A stretch of 64,000 bases of DNA, taken from Hyalangium minutum (GTDB lineage: Bacteria; Myxococcota; Myxococcia; Myxococcales; Myxococcaceae). A model generated the notes under the pieces. It searched no databases and was not told the DNA's origin. It saw nothing but the letters and a program-made list of their open reading frames with translations. The stretch is from positions 186,001 to 250,000 of the forward strand of contig NZ_JMCB01000014.1 in NCBI RefSeq assembly GCF_000737315.1, written 5' to 3'. Both the position numbers and the translations under genes were made by a program. Every line of letters begins with the position of its first letter. The first letter of the stretch is position 1. This document shows positions 1-13,532 of the stretch, piece after piece.

Positions 1-42
1 GGCGGATACGTCCTGTCGTCTTCGCTCATGCGGCCCGCTCCC

Positions 43-1983
<1,941 letters not shown>

Positions 1984-2286
1984 GAGTGGGCTCGGATGCT
2001 ACTTCAACCTCCGACCATTCCTCCTACCGTCGACATGGCAGGTGGGCGGCTCACCCACCCGAAGGAGCACGCAACTCGGCCACGGCTTTCCTGACCTCCC
2101 GGCCTCAGTGCAGCGACGAAAGAAGCATTCAGCGTCGCTTGATTTGGCTCGGGGGCACAAGGGACACTCTGGCTCCACCGTGAGCGTTCGAGCGGACGGG
2201 CCAGCCTCTTCCGCACGGGCTTCGCGGTGGTTTTGCCCTCACCGCGGGTTTTCCCCAGCGGATCACAGCTTGGAGACAGGTGCCCC

Positions 2287-3312
<1,026 letters not shown>

Positions 3313-3318
3313 CGGGCC

Positions 3319-4335
3319 ATGACGCTCAAGGAAGCGCTGGGCAAGGTGCTGAGCCGGCGCGATCTCACCCGCGAGGAGATGGCCACCATCATGGGGCTGA
3401 TGCTCACGGGCGAGGTGACGGCGGCGCAGGTGGGCGCGCTGGCGGCGGCCTTGCGGATGAAGGGCGAGACGGAGGACGAGCTGCTCGGCGCGGCCGAGGC
3501 CTTGCAGACGCGGGCGGCGAAGCTGTCGCCCAAGGCCCAGGTGGTGCTGGACACGTGTGGCACCGGCGGCGACGGGGCGCACACGTTCAACATCTCCACG
3601 GCGGTGGCGTTCGTGGCCGCGGGGGCGGGAGCGACGGTGGCCAAGCACGGCAACCGCGCCGTCTCCAGCCGCTGCGGCAGCGCGGACGTGCTGGCGGCGC
3701 TCGGGCTGCCGATGGAGCGCTCGCACGAGGCCGTGTCGCGGGACATCGATGAGCACGGCGTGGGCTTCCTCTTCGCGCCGTCGCACCACAGCGCCCTGAA
3801 GCACGTGGCGCAGGCGCGGCGGGAGATGGGGTTCTACAGCTTCTTCAACCTGCTGGGACCGCTGACGAACCCGGCGGGGGCGCGCTACCAGTTGCTGGGC
3901 ACCTTCGCCGGAGAGCGGCTGGAGCAGACGGCGCGGGTGCTGGGGCGGCTCGGCAGCAAGCGCGCGTGGGTGGTGCACGGGCAGGACGGGCTGGACGAAG
4001 TCACACCGTGCGCCCCCACCCATGTGGCGGAGCTGCGCGAGGACGGCACGGTGCACACGTTCATCGTCACTCCGGAGGACGCGGGGCTGGAGCGGGTGCC
4101 TCGGGAGGCCATCGCCGGGGGCGACGCGGAGCACAACTCCCGGCTGCTGAAGTCCCTGCTGGAGGGCGAGCGCTCGGGAGTCCGCACAGCGGTGCTGCTC
4201 AACGCGGCGGCGGCGCTGGTGGTGGTGGGCTTGGTGGCGAACCTGCGTGAAGGTGTGAAGCGGGCGTCCGAGGCCATCGACTCGGGGGCTGCGGCACGCA
4301 AGCTGGCGGCGCTCCTTCAAGGGGCGGCCTCGTGA
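3319..4335 (+). CDS. trpD: anthranilate phosphoribosyltransferase
   Basis: DTCGTGGDG, FNIST, KHGNRAVSSRCGSADVL, FNLLGPLTNP. Confidence 0.97.
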   Translation: MTLKEALGKVLSRRDLTREEMATIMGLMLTGEVTAAQVGALAAALRMKGETEDELLGAAEALQTRAAKLSPKAQVVLDTCGTGGDGAHTFNISTAVAFVAAGAGATVAKHGNRAVSSRCGSADVLAALGLPMERSHEAVSRDIDEHGVGFLFAPSHHSALKHVAQARREMGFYSFFNLLGPLTNPAGARYQLLGTFAGERLEQTARVLGRLGSKRAWVVHGQDGLDEVTPCAPTHVAELREDGTVHTFIVTPEDAGLERVPREAIAGGDAEHNSRLLKSLLEGERSGVRTAVLLNAAAALVVVGLVANLREGVKRASEAIDSGAAARKLAALLQGAAS

Positions 4336-4338
4336 GCG

Positions 4339-4439
4339 GTGGCTCCGCGGAAAGTCCCCGCTTTCTGCCGGAGAGGCGGCTAGGGTGAGGGTGTGTCTCC
4401 TCAGCCGCCGCTGCCACTCGGGGCTCCGCCGCGGAGCCC
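4339..4439 (+). other. multi-hairpin structured intergenic element between trpD and trpC
   Basis: Pairings by eye: 4343-4354/4361-4373; 4375-4380 plus 4386-4390 with 4399-4409; 4421-4428/4432-4439; closing GTGGC 4339-4343/GCCAC 4413-4417 (4343 shared). Confidence 0.35.
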
Positions 4440-4458
4440 AGACATCGGAGAGCCCTGA

Positions 4459-5238
4459 ATGAACCTCCTCGCGGACATCTTCGACCGCAAGCGCCGGCAG
4501 CTTGCCGCGCGTGCGCCCTTCCCACCGAGGCAGCGCCCACCGGCCCGGGACTTCACAGCGGCCCTGCTCCAGCGCAAGCCCGGCGCGGGGGTGAACGTCA
4601 TCGCCGAGGTGAAGCGCCGCAGTCCCTCGGGTGGGCTCTTCCCGCATCAGGACCTGGTCCAGGTGGCCAAGGGCTACGAGGCCGGCGGCGCGAGCGCCAT
4701 CAGCATCCTCACGGATGACGTGGACTTCGGCGGCAGCCTCGCGGACCTGGAGCAGGTGCGCGCGGCGATCTCGCTGCCCGTGCTCCGCAAGGACTTCCTG
4801 GTGGCGCCTCAAGAGGTGGAGGAGAGCGCGGCGCTCGGGGCGGACGCGGTGCTGCTGATCGCCGACGCGCTGCGGGACGGGATGATGCAGGAGATGATCG
4901 CGACCGCGAAGGCCTGTGGCATCGCCGCGCTGGTCGAGGCCCACACCGAGGAGCACGCCGAGCGGGCGCTGGCGGCCGGAGCGGAGCTGGTGGGCATCAA
5001 CAACCGGGACCTGGCCACGCTGCGCACGGACGTGCACACGGCGCTGCGGGTGATGCCGCATCTGCGCTCGCGGGCCCGGGTGCTGGTGGCCGAGAGCGGC
5101 CTGAAGACCTCGGCGGACTTCGCGGCGGCGCGGGCAGCGGGAGCGGACGCGGTGCTGGTGGGTGAGTCCCTGCTGCGCGACGCGAATCCGGGCGAGGCGC
5201 TGGCGCGGCTGCTGGCCGCGAAGGACGGGCCGGCGTGA
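4459..5238 (+). CDS. trpC: indole-3-glycerol phosphate synthase
   Basis: [29 protein letters not shown] motifs. Confidence 0.96.
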   Translation: MNLLADIFDRKRRQLAARAPFPPRQRPPARDFTAALLQRKPGAGVNVIAEVKRRSPSGGLFPHQDLVQVAKGYEAGGASAISILTDDVDFGGSLADLEQVRAAISLPVLRKDFLVAPQEVEESAALGADAVLLIADALRDGMMQEMIATAKACGIAALVEAHTEEHAERALAAGAELVGINNRDLATLRTDVHTALRVMPHLRSRARVLVAESGLKTSADFAAARAAGADAVLVGESLLRDANPGEALARLLAAKDGPA

Positions 5239-5882
5239 GCGTCCACGTGAAGATCTGCGGGGTGACGCGCGTGGAGGATGCGCGGGCGGTGTGGGCGGCC
5301 GGTGCGGACGCGCTGGGGCTGAACTTCTATCCGCGCTCTCCGCGCTTCGTGCAGCCGGAGGTGGCGGCGGCGCTGGCGCGCACGCGGCCCGCGCTGGGCG
5401 CGGTGGTGGGCGTCTTCGTCAACGAGTCCCCGGACGTCATCCGGGCCCGGGTGCGCGACTGCGGGCTCACGGCGGTGCAGCTCCACGGCGACGAGCCGCC
5501 CGAGGCCTGCGCTGGCTTTGGCGTCCCAGTCATCAAGGCGCTGCGCGTGCGCGGGCCCGAGGACGTGGAGCGGGCGCGCCAGTACATGGGCGTGGGCGAC
5601 GTGGCGACGCTGCTGCTGGACGGCGCGGCGCCGGGGTACGGCGGAGGCGGCGTCACCTTCGACTGGTCGCTGGTGGCGCAGCTGGTGGACGTGGGCGTGC
5701 CCGTGCTGGTGGCGGGCGGACTGACGCCGGGGAACGTGGCGCAGGCAGTGCGCGCCACGAGGCCTTACGGGGTGGACGTGGCGAGCGGGGTGGAGACGAG
5801 CCCCGGTATCAAGGATCTCGAGGCGGTGCGGACCTTCATCCGCTCGGCCAAGACAGTGAACCTGTGGGAGCGACACACATGA
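5235..5882 (+). CDS. trpF: phosphoribosylanthranilate isomerase
   Basis: [42 protein letters not shown]; GTGA overlap with trpC. Confidence 0.96.
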   Translation: MSVHVKICGVTRVEDARAVWAAGADALGLNFYPRSPRFVQPEVAAALARTRPALGAVVGVFVNESPDVIRARVRDCGLTAVQLHGDEPPEACAGFGVPVIKALRVRGPEDVERARQYMGVGDVATLLLDGAAPGYGGGGVTFDWSLVAQLVDVGVPVLVAGGLTPGNVAQAVRATRPYGVDVASGVETSPGIKDLEAVRTFIRSAKTVNLWERHT

Positions 5883-7087
5883 GCATGGAGACCTCCACCG
5901 GGCGCTTCGGGCGCTACGGCGGCCGCTACGTGCCGGAGACGCTGGTCCCGGCGCTACTGGAGCTGGAGTCGGCGTACGCGGCGGCACTCGCGGACCCGGC
6001 CTTCGGCGCCGAGGTGGCACGGGTGCTGAAGGAGTTCGTGGGCCGCGAGACGCCGCTGACGCCCGCGCGCCGGCTGACGGAGTCGTGGGGCGGCGCGCAC
6101 GTGTGGCTCAAGCGCGAGGACCTGGCGCACACGGGCGCGCACAAGATCAACAACACGATTGGCCAGGTGCTGCTGGCCAGGCGCATGGGCAAGAAGCGCA
6201 TCATCGCGGAGACGGGCGCGGGCCAGCACGGCGTGGCCACGGCCACCGCGTGCGCGCTCTTCGGTTTCCCGTGCGAGGTGTACATGGGCGCACTGGACGT
6301 GGAGCGCCAGTCGCTCAACGTGTTCCGCATGCGCGCGCTGGGCGCCACGGTGCGGCCGGTGGAGGCGGGCTCGAAGACGCTGAAGGACGCGATGAACGAG
6401 GCCATCCGCACGTGGGTGGCGCAGGTGGAGGACACCCACTACGTCATCGGCAGCGCGGCGGGGCCGCACCCCTACCCCACCATCGTCCGGGACTTTCAGT
6501 CCGTCATCGGCCGCGAGGTACGGGAGCAGAGCAAAGCGGCCTTCGGGAAGCTGCCGGACGCCATCATGGCGTGCATCGGCGGAGGGTCGAACGCCATCGG
6601 CATCCTGCACCCGTTCATCGGAGATAAGGATGTGCGGCTGGTGGGCGTCGAGGCGGGTGGCCACGGGCTGAACAGTGGGCAGCACGGGGCCTCGCTGACG
6701 CTGGGCACGGAGGGCGTGCTCCACGGCACGCGCTCGCTGGTGCTGCAGGACGCGAACGGCCAGATTCAGGAGGCGCACTCCATCTCCGCAGGCCTGGACT
6801 ACCCGGGCGTGGGGCCGGAGCTGGCGTACCTGGCCAAGGAGGGCCGGTTGGACGTGCGCACCGCCACGGATGACGAGGCGCTGCGGGCCTTCTACGAGGT
6901 GGCGCGCACGGAGGGCATCCTCCCGGCGCTGGAGACGTCTCACGCGTTCGCGCGCGGGGCGGAGCTGGCGCGCGAGCTGGGCAAGGGCAAGCACCTGGTC
7001 ATCAACTGCTCGGGCCGTGGCGACAAGGATGTGGTGGCCATCGCGGCGAAGGGCATTCCGGCCATGAACCATGAGAGGAAGGCATGA
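5879..7087 (+). CDS. trpB: tryptophan synthase beta chain
   Basis: [29 protein letters not shown] (PLP Lys), [26 protein letters not shown]; ATGA overlap with trpF at 5879. Confidence 0.98.
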   Translation: MSMETSTGRFGRYGGRYVPETLVPALLELESAYAAALADPAFGAEVARVLKEFVGRETPLTPARRLTESWGGAHVWLKREDLAHTGAHKINNTIGQVLLARRMGKKRIIAETGAGQHGVATATACALFGFPCEVYMGALDVERQSLNVFRMRALGATVRPVEAGSKTLKDAMNEAIRTWVAQVEDTHYVIGSAAGPHPYPTIVRDFQSVIGREVREQSKAAFGKLPDAIMACIGGGSNAIGILHPFIGDKDVRLVGVEAGGHGLNSGQHGASLTLGTEGVLHGTRSLVLQDANGQIQEAHSISAGLDYPGVGPELAYLAKEGRLDVRTATDDEALRAFYEVARTEGILPALETSHAFARGAELARELGKGKHLVINCSGRGDKDVVAIAAKGIPAMNHERKA

Positions 7088-7875
7088 GCGGCGAGCTGGC
7101 AGCGGCCTTCGAGAAGGCCAAGGCACGAGGTGAGGGCGCGCTGGTGGCATATGCCATGGCCGGGGATCCGGACCTGGCGCGCTCGGTGGAGGTGTTCGCC
7201 GCGCTGGTGGAGGGTGGCGCGGACATCCTGGAGATCGGCGTGGCGTTCAGCGATCCCATCGCGGACGGCCCCGTCATCCAGGCCGCGTCCGAGCGGGCGC
7301 TGAAGGCGGGCGCCACGCTCCAGCGAGTGCTGGACGAAGTCGTTCCGGCGGTGCGCAAGCGCTGCCCCCAGACGCCGCTGGTGGTGATGACCTACGTCAA
7401 CATCATCATGGCGATGGGCGAGGAGCGCTACGCGAAGCTCGCGCGGGAGCGGGGCATCTCTGGGACGATCCTTCCGGACCTGCCTCCCGAGGAGAGTGAG
7501 AGCCTGCGGCGGACCTTCGACGCGGCGGGCATAGAGCTCATCCCACTGTGCGCGCCCACCACGCCTCCGGCGCGGGCGGAGGCCATTGCCCGGGATGGGC
7601 GCGGATTCGTGTACTGCGTCTCCGTGTCGGGCGTGACGGGGATGCGGGCGGAGCTGCCGAAGGACTTGTCTTCGCGCCTGGACCTGGTGCGGCGCGCCTC
7701 GAAGGTACCGATTGTGGCGGGGTTCGGCATCTCCACCGCGGAGCAGGCGCGGGTGATTGGCGCTCACGCGGACGGAGTGGTCGTGGGCAGCGCCCTGGTG
7801 CGCACGGCCCATGCGGAGGGCCCGGCGGCGGCGAAGCAGCTCTGCGCGGAGATCAAGCGCGGCCTCAAGCGCTGA
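7084..7875 (+). CDS. trpA: tryptophan synthase alpha chain
   Basis: [42 protein letters not shown]. Confidence 0.97.
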   Translation: MSGELAAAFEKAKARGEGALVAYAMAGDPDLARSVEVFAALVEGGADILEIGVAFSDPIADGPVIQAASERALKAGATLQRVLDEVVPAVRKRCPQTPLVVMTYVNIIMAMGEERYAKLARERGISGTILPDLPPEESESLRRTFDAAGIELIPLCAPTTPPARAEAIARDGRGFVYCVSVSGVTGMRAELPKDLSSRLDLVRRASKVPIVAGFGISTAEQARVIGAHADGVVVGSALVRTAHAEGPAAAKQLCAEIKRGLKR

Positions 7876-7884
7876 GGAGAACCG

Positions 7885-8475
7885 ATGAAGCCACTCTCTC
7901 CGCAGATCGTCCTGGTGCGCCACGGAGAGACAGCCTGGAGCCGGAGCGGCCAGCACACGGGCCGCACGGACATTCCGCTGCTCGAGGATGGGCAGCGGAT
8001 GGGCCGGGCGCTGGAGGCACCCTTGCGCTGTTGGAGTTTCGCGGCGGTCTGGACAAGTCCCCTTCGCCGCGCGGCGGAGACGTGTGCCCTGTCAAACCAC
8101 GGCGTCATCGCCCGGGAGAATCCGGACCTGATGGAGTGGGACTACGGCGACTACGAGGGGAAGACCTCCAAGGAGATCCGCGCCGAGGCTCCCGAGTGGA
8201 GCATCTGGAAGCACGGGCCGCTCGGGGGCGAGACGGTGGAGCAGATCGGCGCCCGGGTGGACAGGGTCATCGAAGAGGCGCGGCAGGTGCAGGGCAACGT
8301 GCTCCTCTTCTCGCATGGGCACTTCTTGAGGGTGTTCGCGGCGCGCTGGCTGGGGCTGCCTCCGCCCGAGGGGCGCCTCTTCGCGCTGAGCACCGCGTCC
8401 ATCAGCGTGCTCGGCTGGGATGGAGCCCAGCCGCAGCTCGTGAGCTGGAACGACACCACCCACCTGCGCACTTGA
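7885..8475 (+). CDS. histidine phosphatase (phosphoglycerate mutase-like) family protein
   Basis: LVRHGET, SPLRRA, EWDYG, FSHG motifs. Confidence 0.9.
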   Translation: MKPLSPQIVLVRHGETAWSRSGQHTGRTDIPLLEDGQRMGRALEAPLRCWSFAAVWTSPLRRAAETCALSNHGVIARENPDLMEWDYGDYEGKTSKEIRAEAPEWSIWKHGPLGGETVEQIGARVDRVIEEARQVQGNVLLFSHGHFLRVFAARWLGLPPPEGRLFALSTASISVLGWDGAQPQLVSWNDTTHLRT

Positions 8476-8499
8476 GCAGCCCTTTCGCCTGAGGGCTCG

Positions 8500-9270
8500 T
8501 CAGCGAGGCACCGGCTGCGCGCGGAGCAACTCCTGGGTATGCGTCAGGAGCTCCGGCCCGCCCGGGAGCCCATGGCCAGGAACCACGGTGCGCATCTGGG
8601 GAAACTGTCCCTGCGTGCGGTCGAGGCTCGCGGGCCAGGCAGCGAGGTCCGCGTCCGCCACATTGCCGAGATCCTTCGCTGAAGCGTCTTTCACGAAGCA
8701 GCCTCCGAACAGAACGCCACTGCTCGGGTGCCAGACCACGATGTTGTCCCGCGAGTGCCCCGGGCCGGGGAAGAACAGCTCGAGCGTCCCTACGCCTTGC
8801 TGCTCGGCGAAGGTGCGCGAGGGGACCTGCTTCTGAGCGGCCCCTGCGAGCCGTGCGGTCTCGTCCAAGCCATAGACGGGCAGGCCGCGAGCCAAGAGGG
8901 CTTTCATGCCTCCCAGGCGGTCCTCATGGAAGTGTGTCACCACGGCGGCGCGTACGGGGCGGCGCAGTTCGTTCTGGGCCCACGTGAGCAGACGCTCGGC
9001 TTGCTGCGGGTTCCAGCCAGCGTCCACGAGAAGAGTGCCCTCACCGTCTTCGACAATCAGTCCGTTGGCGGGGTAGCGCCCGAAGTCCTCACCGGCCAAC
9101 GTCACGTGGATCCACACGCCCGGCGCCAGGCGCCGAACACTCACGTCGTCGCTGAGGACGTACTCGCGCTGCCCCCCTGCCGAGGACTTGAGTTCACGAG
9201 AGGACGCACAAGCAGAACTCAGCGCCAGAAAGCTCCAGACGCAGCACAGGCAGCGGAGAAAAGCATTCAT
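8500..9270 (-). CDS. bla: subclass B1 metallo-beta-lactamase, probable lipoprotein
   Basis: THFHEDRLGG (HxHxD), PGPGHSRDN, FGGCFVK (Cys ligand), VVPGHG; signal ending LALSSAC; start taken at ATG 9270. Confidence 0.85.
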   Translation of the reverse strand: MNAFLRCLCCVWSFLALSSACASSRELKSSAGGQREYVLSDDVSVRRLAPGVWIHVTLAGEDFGRYPANGLIVEDGEGTLLVDAGWNPQQAERLLTWAQNELRRPVRAAVVTHFHEDRLGGMKALLARGLPVYGLDETARLAGAAQKQVPSRTFAEQQGVGTLELFFPGPGHSRDNIVVWHPSSGVLFGGCFVKDASAKDLGNVADADLAAWPASLDRTQGQFPQMRTVVPGHGLPGGPELLTHTQELLRAQPVPR

Positions 9271-9450
9271 TGCGAGACACCTCGGGTTGTGCTCGACAGC
9301 AGTCCTTGCTGCCTGCGCACAGTCAGCCAACACGTTTTCTGTTCCTGACGTATCCTGGGGGGCCCCCGCCATTGTGGGGCCTTGCCGAAGAGCGCCACCG
9401 CGACGAGCCCGTCGCGAACGCGGACGGCTGAACCCTAGCGAGACCTACAC

Positions 9451-10410
9451 ATGCGCGCCACTGCCACCCCAACCCTCTTCACGCTCGAGAGCCAACCCGC
9501 CTGGGGACGAGCGGCCTTGCTCGAAGAGAAGGACGGCAAGCTCGTCCTCTTCTTCGAGCACGGCGGGCGGCGCGTCTTCGTCAAGACCCAGGTCAAGGGG
9601 CTCCAGTCCGTCCAGCTGAGCGATGAGGAGGCCCGAACGGTGGAGGCCCGTCTGCGCGGCAAGCACCCGCTGGGCGGCGCGACGAAGAAGTCCTCCAAGG
9701 CCAAGGCCAAGGCGACGCGCCCCCTGCTCGCCGCGTTCCCATCCTTCGATGCCCAGGTGCGCTGGTTCGAGACCTTCTTCCCCGGCGGCTTCGCCGGGGA
9801 GAAGTTCGTCGCTGAGGAGCGAGGAACCGCTGAGGCCAAGGGCAAGAAGGGGTACAAGACCGGCGCCATCAAGCTTGCCCAGGAGCAGCTGTCGCCCGAG
9901 CGGCTGGCGAGCGCCACGCCGGAGGAGACCTTCTTGGTCTCGAAGAAGCTGCTGGCCTTCACCAATCTCGTCTTTCCCATCGAGGGCTCCATCCCCTTCA
10001 CCTCCATGAAAGAGGAGGACCGGGCCGGGTTCGCGGCGGCGCTGGGCGAGCTGCTGCACGGCGAGGGCGCTCACGGGCCGCGCTTCGAGAAGTTCGCGAA
10101 CGCGATCCGCATCTGGGATGCAGCGGGCCAGAGCCGCAAGGTCACCTGGCCCCTGGCCACGCTGCTGCAGGCGCTGTACGCCCCCGCGCAGCACACCTTT
10201 GTAAAGCCCACCGTCTTCGAGCAGCAGGCGCTCCTCTTGAACCTCACGGCAGACAGGCATGCGCCCGTCACCAGCACCCACTACGAGCGCTTCCTTGACG
10301 TGGCGAGGAAGACGTCGGAGCGGCTGGTGGCCGTGGGGCACCAGCCTCGCGACCTGATGGACGTCTACTCGTTCATCTGGCGCTCTCACAAGGAGCAGCC
10401 CCCCGCGTAG
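9451..10410 (+). CDS. hypothetical protein (DUF3553-like N-terminus; C-terminal W..T...P..F.KP / D.YSF.W helical domain)
   Basis: Good ORF with host-like codon usage; domain resemblance by eye only. Confidence 0.6.
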   Translation: MRATATPTLFTLESQPAWGRAALLEEKDGKLVLFFEHGGRRVFVKTQVKGLQSVQLSDEEARTVEARLRGKHPLGGATKKSSKAKAKATRPLLAAFPSFDAQVRWFETFFPGGFAGEKFVAEERGTAEAKGKKGYKTGAIKLAQEQLSPERLASATPEETFLVSKKLLAFTNLVFPIEGSIPFTSMKEEDRAGFAAALGELLHGEGAHGPRFEKFANAIRIWDAAGQSRKVTWPLATLLQALYAPAQHTFVKPTVFEQQALLLNLTADRHAPVTSTHYERFLDVARKTSERLVAVGHQPRDLMDVYSFIWRSHKEQPPA

Positions 10411-10429
10411 CCCCGTACCCTGGCCCTTG

Positions 10430-10449
10430 GGTTCCGAACAGTCGGAACC
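10430..10449. terminator. hairpin between convergent genes (possible bidirectional terminator)
   Basis: Perfect 8-bp stem GGTTCCGA/TCGGAACC with 4-nt loop; no long U tract. Confidence 0.4.
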
Positions 10450-10456
10450 TGCTGGC

Positions 10457-11016
<560 letters not shown>

Positions 11017-11020
<4 letters not shown>

Positions 11021-12510
11021 CGCCCACCTCCCTCGCGCGCAAGCTTCAGCGCCGTAGCCACGGCCCGCGCTTTGGCCTCCGTCTCATCCGCCTCCAGGCT
11101 CGGCACCGAGTCCGCCACCAGCCCCGCTCCCGCCGTCCACATCGTCCGGTCTCCGTCCACGAAGAACGTCCGCAGCGCAATGGCCACGTCCAGCGTGCCG
11201 CAGAACGACAGGTAGCCCACCGCTCCGGCGTAAGGTCCGCGCCGCATCGGCTCCAGCTCGTCGATGATCTGCATCGCGCGAATCTTGGGTGCCCCGGACA
11301 CCGTGCCCGCAGGGAACGTGCACGCCAGCGCGTCCAGCGCGTCGTACCCCGCGCCCAGCTTCCCGCGAACCTGCGAGACGATGTGCATCACGTGGCTGTA
11401 GCGCTCGATGACCATCAGGTCCTCGACGCGCACCGAGCCGGGCGCCGCCACCCGGCCCACGTCGTTGCGCCCCAGGTCCACCAGCATCATGTGCTCGGCG
11501 CGCTCCTTCTCGTCCGCCAGCAACTCCTTCTCCAGCGCCTGGTCCTCGGCCTCCGAGGCTCCACGACGGCGCGTTCCCGCGATGGGCCGCACCACCACAT
11601 CCCCATCCCGCACCTGCACCAGCAGCTCCGGCGACGCTCCCACCAGCGCCCGCGCCTCTCCCAGCTCCACCAGGAACAGGTACGGCGAGGGGTTCACCCG
11701 CCGCAGCGCGCGGTACAGGCTCAGCGGCGGAGGCGCCCCGCGCGACTCGAAGCGCCGCGCCAGCACCACCTGCATGCAGTCCCCCGCGCGGATGTACTCC
11801 TTCACCCGCTCCACCGCCGCCTCGTAGCCCGCCCGGTCCCAGTGAACCACCGTCTCCGGCTCGCCCCGCATCTTCGGCGCGGGCAGGTAGGCCTCGGGCG
11901 GCAGCGGCTTCCGCAGGCGCTCGGCCATGGCCTCCGCCCGCGTTTCCGCGTCCTTCAGCGCCTGCGCCACGCTCCCGTGCATCGAAGGCCGCGCAATCAC
12001 CGTGGCCTTCAGCGTCTGCGTCCGAGCGTCGTGCGTGACGAACTCCTCGCACAGCAGCCACTCAGAGTCCGGGAACGACACGTCATTCGGATGCCGATCC
12101 GGCACATGGCGCTCGAACCACGAGGCACAGTTGTAGCCGAGGTAGCCCACCAGCCCGCCCAGGAACGGCGCCTCGCCCGGCAGCGATGCCACCGACCACT
12201 CCTTCCACAGGGCCCGCAGCACCTCCAGCGGCTTGCCATCACGGCGCTCCTGGTGCTCACCCCGCCACACCGTGGCCCCGTTCCGGTCCAGTCGGACCCG
12301 GCCCGTCGGCGTAGTGCCCACGTGGCTGTAGCGCCCGAAGCGCTCACCCCCATGGCAGGACTCGAGGATGAAGCCCCGAGGACCTCCGCCCAGCTTGAGG
12401 TACGCCGACAGCGGCGTGTCGAGATCCGCGGGAATCTCCACCGAGACGGGCACGGCCTCGCCCTTCTCCGCGCGCTGGCGGTACGCCGCCTTCCTCTCCT
12501 GTGCGTTCAT
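11017..12510 (-). CDS. trpE: anthranilate synthase component I
   Basis: DLDTP, NPSPY, PIAGT, EHMMLVDLGRND, FPAGTVSGAPK; start moved to ATG 12510; overlaps trpG start. Confidence 0.95.
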
Positions 12511-12551
12511 GGGTGAAGTGTCCACCACCACTGGAGCCCTGAAAAGGGGGG

Positions 12552-13400
12552 CTAACGCTTCTTGGGAACCAGGGTGTAGACGCCGTCCCTCCATTGGTAC
12601 ACGCGCCGTGTCTTGACCGTCTTTCCCGGCTTCAGCTCGCCCTTGTTGCTCTCCACGGCGATCAACCGGCGCTGCTTGCGCTGGAAGGACACCTTGTGCC
12701 GCACCACGACAGGCGGGTCCACCCGCTCATGTAGGAAGAGCGACTCCATCACCGCGCCAAGCCGGTCCTTCTGATGCTCGGGCACCACGTAGCTGAGGAA
12801 GACCTTGAAGCTGCGGACGTCCGCTTCCGAGAGCGACTCCACCACCAGCAGCGCCACCCCAGCCTTCCTCGCGTCCACGTAGGAGAGCTTGGCGGTGCCT
12901 CCTGTAGCGCCCACTGTCCTCAGGTCGAGGCTCGCCACGCGCTGGTTCAGCGGGAGCGCTGGCTCCATCACCCGCACCCGGATCTTGAAGTCCGCCGTCA
13001 TCGCCACCGTGGCGAGCTCCTTCTCCCCGTCCCCATCCAGGTCCGCCTCGACGCGCAGCGGCGTAAGGAGGTTGCCGAACACCAGGCCCGTGACAGGGGG
13101 GCCGTCTTCTTGCTTCGCCTCCACCTCGTACCAAGAGTCCACACGGTCCAAGAGCCGCACCCGGGGCTCCAGGCGCCGCTTCACCGTCACGGGTGTGCCC
13201 AGCGACAGCGAGGCCAGCACCGTCGCCTGTTCATCGGGCTCCGTGCGCAAGCTCACCTGATCCACCGCGATGAAGAGCTTGTGCCCGGGCTCCCAGGTGG
13301 AGACGTCGAAGGAGGACAGCTCGTGCGGATCTCCGTGCCCGGCGTAGAGGACGATCTTGGGCTGGGCAAGCAGCAGGGTGAGCAGGAGAGCGGGCGCCAT
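12552..13400 (-). CDS. secreted SH3b-domain hypothetical protein
   Basis: Signal-like N-terminus; V.LRTEPD...VLASL.LGTPV...WYEV SH3b pattern; DLDGDG motif. Confidence 0.6.
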   Translation of the reverse strand: MAPALLLTLLLAQPKIVLYAGHGDPHELSSFDVSTWEPGHKLFIAVDQVSLRTEPDEQATVLASLSLGTPVTVKRRLEPRVRLLDRVDSWYEVEAKQEDGPPVTGLVFGNLLTPLRVEADLDGDGEKELATVAMTADFKIRVRVMEPALPLNQRVASLDLRTVGATGGTAKLSYVDARKAGVALLVVESLSEADVRSFKVFLSYVVPEHQKDRLGAVMESLFLHERVDPPVVVRHKVSFQRKQRRLIAVESNKGELKPGKTVKTRRVYQWRDGVYTLVPKKR

Positions 13401-13532
13401 GGAGGGGGGTGACTCGACGGTAACAACGGGGGGTTATCGCCTGGGATGCCCGCCTGGTCCACGAGGCAGCAGGTAACCCGTGTGCTCCCCTCGATGGCCG
13501 CCAACCCACGGCGTCGTTAATGGATAGGGACT

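Noticed and set aside
5162-5878. N-terminal extension of trpB in the ORF track (641 aa)
   Set aside because: It overlaps trpF in another frame; TrpB homology starts at ATG 5879. Similar over-extensions were trimmed for the ligase, Lhr, cytochrome, GMC fusion and RTX genes.
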